From an uncultured Bacteroides sp. (GTDB lineage: Bacteria; Bacillota; Clostridia; Oscillospirales; Acutalibacteraceae): 64,000 nucleotides of DNA. The notes under the pieces were generated by a model. The model was not told the origin of the DNA and did not search any database. It saw nothing but the letters and a program-made list of their open reading frames with translations. Each line of letters begins with the position of its first letter. Position 1 is the first letter of the stretch. The stretch covers positions 211,425 through 275,424 of the forward strand of contig CAYRBT010000001.1 of NCBI GenBank assembly GCA_964422655.1, read 5' to 3'. Made by a program: the position numbers and the translations under genes. Below are positions 10,582 through 19,861 of this stretch, piece after piece.

Positions 10582-11394
10582 CTATTTTTTCACAGCAAGG
10601 CAGTAGCTTATCCCTTTTTCAGCAATCAAAGGTGCGTCTGTGTAAGCCTTGTTAAAGTCACTGAAAAACTGCCTGTCTATATCATCATTGTTTAAAAGCT
10701 CGTATATCCTAAAGCCGTTTCTGCTCAAAAGTGCCTCCATTTCAAAGCAGTTGTATTTTGCCTTCATATTTTCTTCACTCGGCGGCTTGAGCTTCGGGTT
10801 GTAGCTTAAATCGGGATAGTCAAAGACAAATGCACTCCCGCTTATCATCACATTTGAAAGCTTAGCGGTCATAGACTCAAAATCGTTACTGTCCATATAA
10901 AAACTCAACCCCATTGCCGCGGCAATTGTTTTTTTATCGGATTTGCCGATACTTGTATCGGCAATATCAGCTTGAGTAAAGCTAACATTCTCCGTATTGA
11001 TATCAAGTGCTTTTAGCCTGCTGATTTTGTCGTTTAAATCTCTGTCAATTTCGATTGCCTCCATATCCCTGCAAAGCGGCGATAAGGAAATCGTGTCATA
11101 CCCTGCACCCAAAACCAACAGCCTTTTTGCACCGAGCATTTTTTCTGTTCTTATACAACGCTTTAAAAATGCTCCTCTGCCCAGCACAGCAGGTGAAATG
11201 TACCTGTTTATTGCCTGCTGTGCATTATCACAGCCAAAGAATTCCTTGCTCTTTTCAATGCTGTCATAAATGGTATTGTATTCCTCATTTGTGATTAGCC
11301 TTTTTGATAAGCAGTCCTTTAAAACCCTTACCTCATACTGCTGATGATTTGCTCTTGCAAACAAACACATCATTGCTGTTGTGCTTTTACTCAT
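10582..11394 (-). CDS. Class I SAM-dependent methyltransferase (LCM/O-methyltransferase-like)
   Basis: TA.MC..ARA, VLGAGYDT, EID, MGLSFYM, FVFDY. Confidence 0.75.
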   Translation of the reverse strand: MSKSTTAMMCLFARANHQQYEVRVLKDCLSKRLITNEEYNTIYDSIEKSKEFFGCDNAQQAINRYISPAVLGRGAFLKRCIRTEKMLGAKRLLVLGAGYDTISLSPLCRDMEAIEIDRDLNDKISRLKALDINTENVSFTQADIADTSIGKSDKKTIAAAMGLSFYMDSNDFESMTAKLSNVMISGSAFVFDYPDLSYNPKLKPPSEENMKAKYNCFEMEALLSRNGFRIYELLNNDDIDRQFFSDFNKAYTDAPLIAEKGISYCLAVKK

Positions 11395-11448
11395 TTTATC
11401 AATCCTCCTTATATTTCTATTATCATAACTAAAAAATATTTACAAGAC

Positions 11449-11477
11449 TTGAAAAAATCTTAAAAATGTGGTAATAT
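11449..11477 (+). promoter_or_regulatory. Sigma-A-type promoter with no downstream CDS
   Basis: TTGAAA-17 nt-TAATAT with extended -10 TGTG. Confidence 0.5.
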
Positions 11478-11503
11478 AAAAGGGAAGAAAAGAAAAAATT
11501 TCA

Positions 11504-11545
11504 GCCGTACTGCTTGATTAGTCAAACAGTACGGCATTTTTATTT
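11504..11545. terminator. Intrinsic terminator hairpin (probably bidirectional)
   Basis: GCCGTACTGcTTGA-ttag-TCAAaCAGTACGGC followed by ATTTTTATTT; A-run on the other side. Confidence 0.7.
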
Positions 11546-12412
11546 CAGCATATTGTTTAAAGCATTTAAAACTCTTTTCTTGTCTGCCGACCACAAGGGA
11601 GCAATCAAATCCTTTTTTGCCCCGTCGCCTGTCAGTCGGTGAATAACAATATCATTTGGAATAATATCAACACAGTCCCTGATGATATCAATGTACTCGT
11701 CAAATTCAAGTGCTTTGAATTTTCCCTGCCTGTATTCCTCCTCCAAATCAGTCCCCTTGAGTATGTGCAGAAGCTGAAGCTTGATACCGTTTGCACCGCT
11801 TTCACATACATATTTAACGCTTTCAAGCATATCGCTTTTTGTTTCAAATGGAAGTCCGATTATCAAATGAACAACAATGTTAACATTGATTTTTATAAGC
11901 TCTTTAACTGCCCTGTCGTAAGCGTCAAGAGTGTATCCTCTGCGAATGTATTTTGCGGTGTCCTCGTGAATGGTCTGTAATCCGAGCTCGACAAAAACGG
12001 GCTTGATTTTATTGAGCTCATCAATAAGATGAATTACATCATCGCCTAAGCAGTCGGGTCTTGTCGCAATAGACAAGGCAACAATGTTAGGGTGGTTTAT
12101 TGCTTCAAAAAACTTGCTTTTGAGCACCTCAACGGGAGCATATGTGTTTGTGAATGCCTGAAAATAAGCAATGTATTTTCCGCTTTTAATTTTGTTTGCT
12201 ACACGCTTTTTTCCCTGTTCAATCTGTTCGGTTACAGAAAGGCTTGGACTCTCGGCAAAATCACCGCTTCCGCCCCTTGAGCAAAAAATACACCCTCTTG
12301 TATCGAGCGTTCCGTCGCGGTTGGGGCAGGTAAAGCCGGCGTTAATGCTGATTTTATAAACCTTTTCGCCAAAGGTGTCGTGCAGATAATTATTCAGACT
12401 GTAATATTTCAT
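11540..12412 (-). CDS. Radical SAM protein, TIGR01212 (YhcC/YtqA) family
   Basis: GFTCPNRDG....GCIFC, YFQAFTNTY, TRPDC, ELGLQT, HRLTGD. Confidence 0.9.
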   Translation of the reverse strand: MKYYSLNNYLHDTFGEKVYKISINAGFTCPNRDGTLDTRGCIFCSRGGSGDFAESPSLSVTEQIEQGKKRVANKIKSGKYIAYFQAFTNTYAPVEVLKSKFFEAINHPNIVALSIATRPDCLGDDVIHLIDELNKIKPVFVELGLQTIHEDTAKYIRRGYTLDAYDRAVKELIKINVNIVVHLIIGLPFETKSDMLESVKYVCESGANGIKLQLLHILKGTDLEEEYRQGKFKALEFDEYIDIIRDCVDIIPNDIVIHRLTGDGAKKDLIAPLWSADKKRVLNALNNMLK

Positions 12413-13157
12413 AAAAATCCCTCAGGCTGTTTTTGTTTCCGCAGACAAAGGAGGCGATTTTTTCTGCGTCAATATCCTCCTTGTCAAATGTATAGGCAAA
12501 GCCTCCTGCCTCTTTAAGTATTACAGAAGCTCCTGCCCAGTCCCACGGACGCAGTATCATTTCATAATAAAGATCTGCCTTACCGCTTGCAACATAGCAA
12601 ATGTCAAGTGCGGCTGAGCCGCCTCGCCTTACCTCAATAGCCTTGTAAAAGATTTTCTCCGTCAGCTCAAAGGTCTTGTGAGCAAGCTCGTGCTCGTAAG
12701 GACAGGTTCCGAAAAGCACAAGGCTTTTTTCAATACCGCATTCAGAGCACTTTATTCTTTGTCCGTTAAGATATGCACCCTTGCCCTTTTGAGCGTAAAA
12801 CAGGTTATCGAGGTCGGGGTCAAGAACAACACCTATAATCAGCTCCCTGTCCTTTGCAAGCCCCACGCTGATTGCGCTGTGCTGAAAGCCTTTTATAAAA
12901 TTAGTTGTTCCGTCAATAGGGTCAATGACAAAGCAGTATCCGTCCGTAAAGGTCTTGTCACCGTCGCCCTCTTCACCTAAAAATGTGCACTCGGGTATTA
13001 TTTTTCTCAGGCTTTCAAACAAGAAGTCCTGTATCATTTTATCGTATTTTGTAACAAGATTTACACTTGAGCCCTTGTCCTCAACACCGAGGTCGGCTCC
13101 TGCACTCTTGTATATTTCTCCTGCTTTTTTTACTGCATCTATAATTTGCTCTAACAT
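12390..13157 (-). CDS. Inositol monophosphatase family protein (SuhB/HisN-like)
   Basis: LGEE, DPIDGTTNF, GSAALD, PWDWAG. Confidence 0.9.
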   Translation of the reverse strand: MLEQIIDAVKKAGEIYKSAGADLGVEDKGSSVNLVTKYDKMIQDFLFESLRKIIPECTFLGEEGDGDKTFTDGYCFVIDPIDGTTNFIKGFQHSAISVGLAKDRELIIGVVLDPDLDNLFYAQKGKGAYLNGQRIKCSECGIEKSLVLFGTCPYEHELAHKTFELTEKIFYKAIEVRRGGSAALDICYVASGKADLYYEMILRPWDWAGASVILKEAGGFAYTFDKEDIDAEKIASFVCGNKNSLRDFYEILQSE

Positions 13158-13240
13158 TTCAAAATCTCCTGTGCTTTAGTTAAATATTATTCTATCACAA
13201 AACGGATAATAAAAAAACTCTTTTTTCCTCTATATTCATA

Positions 13241-13269
13241 TTGACTTAAAAGTTTGTGTGGTTTAAAAT
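13241..13269 (+). promoter_or_regulatory. Sigma-A promoter for murT-gatD
   Basis: TTGACT-17 nt-TAAAAT. Confidence 0.6.
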
Positions 13270-13321
13270 TATAATGTTGGTATTTATCGGGCGTTTTGTC
13301 CGTATCCTAATATAGAAAGAA

Positions 13322-14701
13322 GTGGTATTGATGAGAGTGTTTTTAAGCTGTCTTGTGTGCCGTATGGTCACATTTATTCTTCATAAGCTCGGACGGGGTG
13401 CAACCTCTGCTCCCGGCATGGCGGCAATAAAAATTAAAAGGAATGTTCTTGCAAATCTTTCCAAAAACACAAAGGTAATAATCGTTACGGGAACTAACGG
13501 AAAAACCACCTCCTGTCGAATCCTTGAGGAAGGACTAAAAAAAGCAGGAAAATCCTATTTTATCAACAAATCGGGCGCTAATCTTATCACGGGAATTACC
13601 GCTTCCTTTATTATGAATTCAACGCTTTTTGGCAAGTGTAAAAAGGATTATGCGATAATCGAGTGCGACGAAAACGCATTTAAAGAGGTATCAAGATATA
13701 TCAGAGCCGATGTCATTCTTGTCACAAATGTTTTCCGTGACCAGCTCGACAGATACGGCGAGGTTACGCATACCCTTAATGCGATTAAGGAGTCTGTTAA
13801 AAATCTTCCAAATGCAGTTGTATGCCTTGATGCTGACTGCTCGCTGACATATTCAATGTCGGGCGAAATACCGAATAAAATTGTCACCTTCGGCGTAAAT
13901 GTTCCCTTTGACAAAAACGCAAAGGCACCCGAAATCAGCGATGCAAAACACTGTATTTTCTGCAAAAATGAGTATTCCTACACCTATCATACATACGGCC
14001 ACCTCGGAGGCTTTGAATGTAAGGGGTGCGGCTATAAAAGACCTGAGCCGGATTTTGCCGTAACCTCGGTTGAGGAGCTAAAGCAAAATCACTCTATTGT
14101 TGTTGCGAATTTTAACGGAAGCAAAAATCTTATTAAGGTGAATATCGGCGGAGCGTATAATGTTTATAACGCAATCGGCTGTGCCGCAGCCCTTACTGCG
14201 CTCGGCATCGACGAAAAGACTGTTATTTCCGCTATTGAAAGCTTTAACGGAGCCTTCGGCAGAATGGAGCAGTTTGAAAGCAACGGCAATAAAATCAATC
14301 TTATTCTTGTAAAAAATCCTGCCGGCTTCAGCCAGACAATGAATTTTCTTAAGTCGGTTGACGATGATTTCACCTTGGTGCTCAGCCTTAACGATAATGC
14401 CGCTGACGGCAGGGATATAAGCTGGATATGGGATGTTGATTTCGGCGGAATTTTTGATAAGACAAATGTTAAAGAAATTTATGTTACGGGCAAACGATGC
14501 TTTGATATGGCGATAAGAGTTAAATATGAGGGCACTAACGGCAGAGAAATAAAGGTTATCGAAAATGAGGATTATGACGCGCTTGTTGATGTTGTTACCT
14601 CACAGGGCAGAAATGTTTACATTGTGCCCACCTACACCTCAATGATGACAATGCGTCCCGTAATTGCAAAAAGACTCGGCGGAAAGGAGTTTTGGAAGTG
14701 A
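13322..14701 (+). CDS. murT: Lipid II isoglutaminyl synthase subunit MurT
   Basis: TGTNGKTT, ECDE, RDQLDRYGE, Cys4 zinc finger, KNPAG, DGRDISWIWD; start may be 13331. Confidence 0.92.
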   Translation: MVLMRVFLSCLVCRMVTFILHKLGRGATSAPGMAAIKIKRNVLANLSKNTKVIIVTGTNGKTTSCRILEEGLKKAGKSYFINKSGANLITGITASFIMNSTLFGKCKKDYAIIECDENAFKEVSRYIRADVILVTNVFRDQLDRYGEVTHTLNAIKESVKNLPNAVVCLDADCSLTYSMSGEIPNKIVTFGVNVPFDKNAKAPEISDAKHCIFCKNEYSYTYHTYGHLGGFECKGCGYKRPEPDFAVTSVEELKQNHSIVVANFNGSKNLIKVNIGGAYNVYNAIGCAAALTALGIDEKTVISAIESFNGAFGRMEQFESNGNKINLILVKNPAGFSQTMNFLKSVDDDFTLVLSLNDNAADGRDISWIWDVDFGGIFDKTNVKEIYVTGKRCFDMAIRVKYEGTNGREIKVIENEDYDALVDVVTSQGRNVYIVPTYTSMMTMRPVIAKRLGGKEFWK

Positions 14702-15420
14702 TACTTAGAATTGCACACCTTTATCCCGATATGCTCAATCTCTACGGCGACAGGGGTAATATTATAGCCTTGACTGAAAGAACGAAGGCAAGAAATATTG
14801 ATGTTACGGTTGATGCAGTAACTATGGGCAAATCCTTTAACGCCGATGATTATGATATTTTGTTTATCGGCGGCGGTCAGGATTTTGAACAGGATGTTTT
14901 GCTTGACGATTTAAAAAAAGGCAAGGATGAGCAAATCAGCAGGGCAATAAACAACGGTATTGCAATGCTTGCAATTTGCGGCGGCTATCAAATGCTCGGT
15001 AAGTATTACAAAACCTATGACGGCAAAATGCTTGAATATATCGGTGCTATCGACTTTTATACCGAGGGCAGAGAGGAAAGAATGATAGGCAATTTTGCTT
15101 ATAAAACCAAAGAGGGTATAGAGGTTGTCGGCTTTGAAAATCATAGCGGAAGAACCTATCTCGGCAAGGATACAGAGCCTCTCGGCAAAATGATTAAGGG
15201 CTACGGCAATAACGGTGAGGACGGCACCGAGGGTGTAAGATTTAAAAATACCTTCGGCACCTATTCGCACGGTCCCGTGCTTCCTAAAAATCCTCAGCTA
15301 ACCGATTTAATTATTTCAAAAGCACTTGAAAATAAATACGGCAGTGCTCAGCTTGCGCCGCTTGACGATACCCTTGAGGCAAAGGCGAGAGAGCAGGTGC
15401 GTAAGCTGTATTTCAAATAA
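14698..15420 (+). CDS. gatD: Lipid II isoglutaminyl synthase glutaminase subunit GatD
   Basis: NLYGDRGN, GGGQD, AICGGYQ, GFENH, HGPVLPKNP; GTGA overlap with murT after AAGGAG. Confidence 0.92.
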   Translation: MILRIAHLYPDMLNLYGDRGNIIALTERTKARNIDVTVDAVTMGKSFNADDYDILFIGGGQDFEQDVLLDDLKKGKDEQISRAINNGIAMLAICGGYQMLGKYYKTYDGKMLEYIGAIDFYTEGREERMIGNFAYKTKEGIEVVGFENHSGRTYLGKDTEPLGKMIKGYGNNGEDGTEGVRFKNTFGTYSHGPVLPKNPQLTDLIISKALENKYGSAQLAPLDDTLEAKAREQVRKLYFK

Positions 15421-15464
15421 AAGCCTAAAATACACGATGATATAGAAATATCTTCAAATTTCTC

Positions 15465-15493
15465 TTGATTTTTCTATATCATTCTGTTATAAT
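15465..15493 (+). promoter_or_regulatory. Sigma-A promoter of rpsB-tsf
   Basis: TTGATT-17 nt-TATAAT with TG extension. Confidence 0.75.
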
Positions 15494-15513
15494 ACTTTGG
15501 CATTCGTTAGAAT

Positions 15514-15577
15514 ACACACGCATACGGGTTAAGCCTTAGGTTACAGACAAGGGCTTTTGCCATACCCGATGCGGAGG
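15514..15577 (+). ncRNA. rpsB (S2) autoregulatory leader RNA
   Basis: ACACAC-GCATaCGGGT...ACCCGATGC-GGAGG long stem with inner AAGCCTT/AGGGCTT arm, directly 5' of rpsB. Confidence 0.75.
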
Positions 15578-15602
15578 ATTAACCTTAAAGGAGGAAATTA
15601 TA

Positions 15603-16352
15603 ATGGCAAATGTAGTTTCAATGAAACAGCTTTTAGAAGCAGGTGTTCATTTCGGACACCAAACAAGAAGATGGAATCCTAAAATGGCTGAGTACATCTT
15701 CACAGAGCGTAACGGCATCTACATCATCGACCTTCAGAAAACAGTTAAGAAGCTCGACGAGGCTTATATGTTCGTTCGCGACCTCGCAGCAGACGGCGGT
15801 TCAATCATTTTCGTAGGCACAAAGAAGCAGGCTCAGGATTCAGTTAAGGAAGAGGCTGAGCGTTGTGCAATGCCTTATGTTAATGCTCGTTGGCTCGGCG
15901 GTATGCTTACAAACTTCAAGACAATCCGCGGCAGAGTTGCCCGTCTTGCTCAGCTTAAGGCTATGAGAGAGGACGGCACATTCGACCTTCTTCCCAAGAA
16001 AGAGGTTGTAGGTCTTGAGCTTGAGATTGAAAAGCTTGAGAAGTATCTCGGCGGTATCACAGAGATGAAGAAGATTCCGCAGGCTATGTTTATCGTAGAT
16101 CCCCGCAAGGAGAGAATTGCAGTATCAGAGGCTATGAAGCTCGGTCTTCCTATCGTTGCTATTGTTGATACAAACTGTGACCCTGACGAAATCGACTATG
16201 TAATTCCGGGTAACGACGATGCAATCCGTGCAGTTAAGCTTATTGCAGGTGCAATGGCAGATGCTGTTATCGAGGGTCGTGACGGTAAGGATACAGCAGA
16301 CGAGGCTCCGGCTGAGGAAGCAGCAGAAGAGGCAGAAGAGGCTGCTGAATAA
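15603..16352 (+). CDS. rpsB: 30S ribosomal protein S2
   Basis: [39 protein letters not shown]. Confidence 0.99.
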   Translation: MANVVSMKQLLEAGVHFGHQTRRWNPKMAEYIFTERNGIYIIDLQKTVKKLDEAYMFVRDLAADGGSIIFVGTKKQAQDSVKEEAERCAMPYVNARWLGGMLTNFKTIRGRVARLAQLKAMREDGTFDLLPKKEVVGLELEIEKLEKYLGGITEMKKIPQAMFIVDPRKERIAVSEAMKLGLPIVAIVDTNCDPDEIDYVIPGNDDAIRAVKLIAGAMADAVIEGRDGKDTADEAPAEEAAEEAEEAAE

Positions 16353-16386
16353 TTTAATATTTTAACCTGACAGGAGGATTTATATA

Positions 16387-17325
16387 ATGGCATTTACAGC
16401 ACAGGATGTTAAGGCTCTTCGTGAGAAGACCGGCGTTGGTATGATGGAGTGCAAAAAGGCTCTTGTTGAGTCTGACGGAGATATGGAAAAGGCTATTGAC
16501 TTTCTTCGTGAAAGAGGTCTTGCAGCCGCTGCTAAAAAGGCAACAAGAATTGCCGCAGAGGGTGTTGTTCTTCCGTATTATGATGCACAGGCAAAGAAGG
16601 GCGTTGTTGTTGAGGTTAACTCGGAAACAGACTTCGTTGCTAAAAATGAAAAGTTTATGGACTTTGTTACAGGCGTAGCAAAGACAATTATTGCTAATGA
16701 TTCTGCAGATGTTGAAGCTCTTTGCAATACTGAGTTCAACGGCACAGGCAGAACTGTTACAGAAACACTTAACGACCTCGTTCTTGCAATCGGCGAGAAT
16801 ATGAAGGTTCGTCGCTTTGAGAGAATGGACGGTATCGTTTCAACATATATCCACGGCGGCGGCTCAGTAGGCGTTATGATCGGCTTTGATGTTGCTGACG
16901 AGTCAAAGGCACAGACAGCAGAGTTTGAGGCAATGGGCAAGAATGTTGCTATGCAGATTGCCGCTATGAACCCAAGCTATCTTGACCAGGCTTCTGTTCC
17001 GGCAGAGGTTGTTGAGCACGAAAAGGGTATCCTCGCAGCACAGATGAAGGAGGATCCTAAAATGGCTTCAAAGCCTGAGGCTGTTCTTGTAAAGATTGCC
17101 GAGGGTAAGATGAGCAAGTATTACAAGGAAAACTGCCTTGTTGAGCAGGAATTTGTAAGAGGCGATCTCTTCCAGGGCTCAGTTAAGGGCTATATCGATT
17201 CAGTTGCCAAGGAGCTTGGCACAGAAATCAAGGCAACAGGCTTTATCAGAATGATGAAGGGCGACGGCCTTGAAAAGAGAGAAGAAAACTTTGCAGAGGA
17301 AATCGCAAAGCAAATCAATGGCTAA
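16387..17325 (+). CDS. tsf: Elongation factor Ts
   Basis: VKALREKTGVGMMECKKAL, EVNSETDFV. Confidence 0.99.
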   Translation: MAFTAQDVKALREKTGVGMMECKKALVESDGDMEKAIDFLRERGLAAAAKKATRIAAEGVVLPYYDAQAKKGVVVEVNSETDFVAKNEKFMDFVTGVAKTIIANDSADVEALCNTEFNGTGRTVTETLNDLVLAIGENMKVRRFERMDGIVSTYIHGGGSVGVMIGFDVADESKAQTAEFEAMGKNVAMQIAAMNPSYLDQASVPAEVVEHEKGILAAQMKEDPKMASKPEAVLVKIAEGKMSKYYKENCLVEQEFVRGDLFQGSVKGYIDSVAKELGTEIKATGFIRMMKGDGLEKREENFAEEIAKQING

Positions 17326-17338
17326 TTAAATAACATTT

Positions 17339-17367
17339 AAGAGCAGGTCATAGACCTGCTCTTTTTT
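17339..17367 (+). terminator. Intrinsic terminator after tsf (repeat copy T1)
   Basis: AAGAGCAGGTC-ATA-GACCTGCTCTT-TTTT. Confidence 0.85.
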
Positions 17368-17547
17368 ATTGCAATAACACTCTTGATATGTATAATACAT
17401 ATCCATATGACGAAATCACAAACGATGTACTCATTTGAGCAAATCAAAGTGTAAAAATATGAAATTTTTGTGAATTATATTTTTTACTTAATTGACTTTT
17501 TTCTAAAAAATGGTATTCTAGATTTATAAAAAGAAAGGAGAATTTCC

Positions 17548-18090
17548 ATGGCAGAAAATAAATACGCAGGTACAAAAACCGAAAAAAATCTCAGAGAGGC
17601 ATTTGCAGGCGAGTCGCAGGCAAGAAACAAGTATACATACTTTGCTTCGGTTGCAAAAAAAGCCGGCTATGAGCAGATTGCCGCTTTGTTTCTTAAGACA
17701 GCGGATAATGAAAAGGAGCACGCAAAGCTTTGGTTTAAGGCTCTTGGCGAGCTTGAGGACACTCCGGCAAACCTTTTGAGCGCAGCTCAGGGTGAAAACT
17801 ATGAGTGGACAGATATGTATGACAGAATGGCTAAGGAGGCTGACGAGGAGGGCTTCCACGAGCTTGCAGAGCAGTTTAGAGGCGTTGCCGCTATTGAAAA
17901 GGAGCACGAGGAAAGATACAGAGCTCTTCTTCATAACATTGAGGTTATGGAGGTATTCAAAAAGAGCGGTGTTACAATGTGGGAATGTCGCAACTGCGGT
18001 CACATTGTTATCGGCACCGAGGCTCCCGAGGTTTGCCCTGTATGTAAGCATCCGCAGGCATTCTTTGAGGTAAGAAGCCAAAATTACTAA
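17548..18090 (+). CDS. rbr: Rubrerythrin
   Basis: AFAGESQA, ExxH pairs (EKEH), C-terminal CRNCG...CPVC rubredoxin domain. Confidence 0.95.
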   Translation: MAENKYAGTKTEKNLREAFAGESQARNKYTYFASVAKKAGYEQIAALFLKTADNEKEHAKLWFKALGELEDTPANLLSAAQGENYEWTDMYDRMAKEADEEGFHELAEQFRGVAAIEKEHEERYRALLHNIEVMEVFKKSGVTMWECRNCGHIVIGTEAPEVCPVCKHPQAFFEVRSQNY

Positions 18091-18107
18091 TATTGTTTCT
18101 ATTATTT

Positions 18108-18136
18108 AAGAGCATCTCATATGAGATGCTCTTTTT
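18108..18136 (+). terminator. Intrinsic terminator after rbr (repeat copy T2)
   Basis: Perfect palindrome AAGAGCATCTCATATGAGATGCTCTT plus TTT. Confidence 0.85.
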
Positions 18137-18201
18137 CTTGCTAAATCACTTTCTTTATGATAATATAGTATTGCGTATTATCAGTAATAAGAGGTGGGTA
18201 T

Positions 18202-19848
18202 ATGAAAGCAAAAAACAAAAGAAAGATTTTTTTATATTATCCGTTGTGCGAGGATTTTTCATTAGGTCAGGCAATACTCAAATATCTTAGCAATCTGCCT
18301 TATATGCTGTCGCTTATTATTACGGCACTGCTTAGCTATGGATATTTTATTGTTAAAGAAACCATTACTATCGACAGCCTGAGCAACGATAGATATAACA
18401 GTGGTATCCTTTTTGCTCAGGGTAGGCTGATTTCTCCTCTGATAAGCAAGATTTTTATGGAGCAAACCAACAATTATTCGTTTACAAATATTTTCGGCTT
18501 GCTCTTGATAATGCTATCGGTTATTATAATTTGCTGTGTGTTTGAAAAGATTTTTAAACCAAAAACAATAGTACCGGCTGTTGCGTTTAGCTGTGTGTAT
18601 GTATCATATCCGCTTAATTTTGAATATTATGATTTTTCAGGCTCGCTTCTTTTGTCGGGATTTTGTATGTGCCTGCTTTCTGTCAGCTTATATCTCATTC
18701 TGACAAAAAAATCAAAATTTGAAAGGTTTTATCTTCCGCTTATTTTGCTTGCCTTAATGGAATCATCTTATGAGACGTTTACATTTGCATTTGTGTGTTT
18801 AGTTTGTATTTGTCTAATTCCGCTTGTTACTGATAAATGCGATTTAAAAAACAAAATAGGCTATTTAATACATAGCGCAATTGTTGTTGTTTGTGCTTTG
18901 GTTGTGGAGTACATTATCAGCACCAGCGCCATTTCTTTGCGTGGAGTTGAACAGGATTACCATGCAGACAAAAATATCTTCTGGTTTGAGGCAAGCTTTT
19001 TGGAAGGTATAAAAACACTATTCAAATCATTTGTTCTTTTTTGGAATTCAAAGGTATTCTGTTATCTGCCTTTTACAATCTTGTTTGTTGCCGGAGTAAT
19101 ATTTACGGCAATTTTTATCGGTGAAATTACTAAAAAAAGCAATAATAAATTAGCGGTGCTGTTGTCCTATGGCGCAGTTTTTGCATCAATTTTTGCATTT
19201 TTTGTTGTCAAGGGCGGTAGCTGTTGTTACAGGGGCGAAACAACATTTCCTGTTTTTGTAGGCTTTGTTATGTATTTATTGCTCTTGAAAACAGAAAATA
19301 AAAAATCCGTTATTAAAGGTATTTGTATTGCCTTTGTAGGAGTGTTAATTCTATCCCAAGCAATGTCCTGTGATTATTGGAACAGGCTTCAAAATAGGGC
19401 TTATAATGCAGAAAAGCAAGTAATTTGTACTGTCGATATGATTGTTACGGAAAGATACGGTAAGTCAAAGCCTGTTGTATTTATAGGTGCTTATCAATTA
19501 CCTGATGATATTAAAGAAAAGGACCAAATAAAAGATAATACCATAGCAAAAAGAATTTATGATTTCGGTCTAAAAATGGAAGGAAGACTCTTTTATAATG
19601 CCGAATATAAAATAACAGACACAAAAATGAGATCGTATCTTGCGTGGGCGGAAAAACCATTTAATGATCCAAACGAAGAAATATACAAATTTGCCGAATA
19701 TCACGGTTGCTATTTTGTTCACGCTCAAAAGCAACAGTATTATGAAGCGGCGGAAAAGTATGCAGATTTGCCAAACTGGCCGGATAAGCAATCGGTTTTT
19801 GATGCCGGTGATTATATCGTAGTTAAGCTTGGTGATGTAAAAGAATAA
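18202..19848 (+). CDS. Polytopic membrane protein, GtrII-like glucosyltransferase domain family
   Basis: About 12 hydrophobic segments, TID...QGR near N-terminus, SSYE, C-terminal LPNWP..SV...YIVVKL; visibly AT-rich. Confidence 0.65.
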   Translation: MKAKNKRKIFLYYPLCEDFSLGQAILKYLSNLPYMLSLIITALLSYGYFIVKETITIDSLSNDRYNSGILFAQGRLISPLISKIFMEQTNNYSFTNIFGLLLIMLSVIIICCVFEKIFKPKTIVPAVAFSCVYVSYPLNFEYYDFSGSLLLSGFCMCLLSVSLYLILTKKSKFERFYLPLILLALMESSYETFTFAFVCLVCICLIPLVTDKCDLKNKIGYLIHSAIVVVCALVVEYIISTSAISLRGVEQDYHADKNIFWFEASFLEGIKTLFKSFVLFWNSKVFCYLPFTILFVAGVIFTAIFIGEITKKSNNKLAVLLSYGAVFASIFAFFVVKGGSCCYRGETTFPVFVGFVMYLLLLKTENKKSVIKGICIAFVGVLILSQAMSCDYWNRLQNRAYNAEKQVICTVDMIVTERYGKSKPVVFIGAYQLPDDIKEKDQIKDNTIAKRIYDFGLKMEGRLFYNAEYKITDTKMRSYLAWAEKPFNDPNEEIYKFAEYHGCYFVHAQKQQYYEAAEKYADLPNWPDKQSVFDAGDYIVVKLGDVKE

Positions 19849-19861
19849 TAGTTATTTGATG

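Noticed and set aside
17468-17485. Rex box upstream of rbr (TTGTGAA...)
   Set aside because: Only the left half-site matches; no TTCACAA-like right arm.
17524-18081. 185-aa antisense ORF over rubrerythrin, and similar shadow ORFs across the track
   Set aside because: No RBS or motifs; explained by codon bias of the sense genes.
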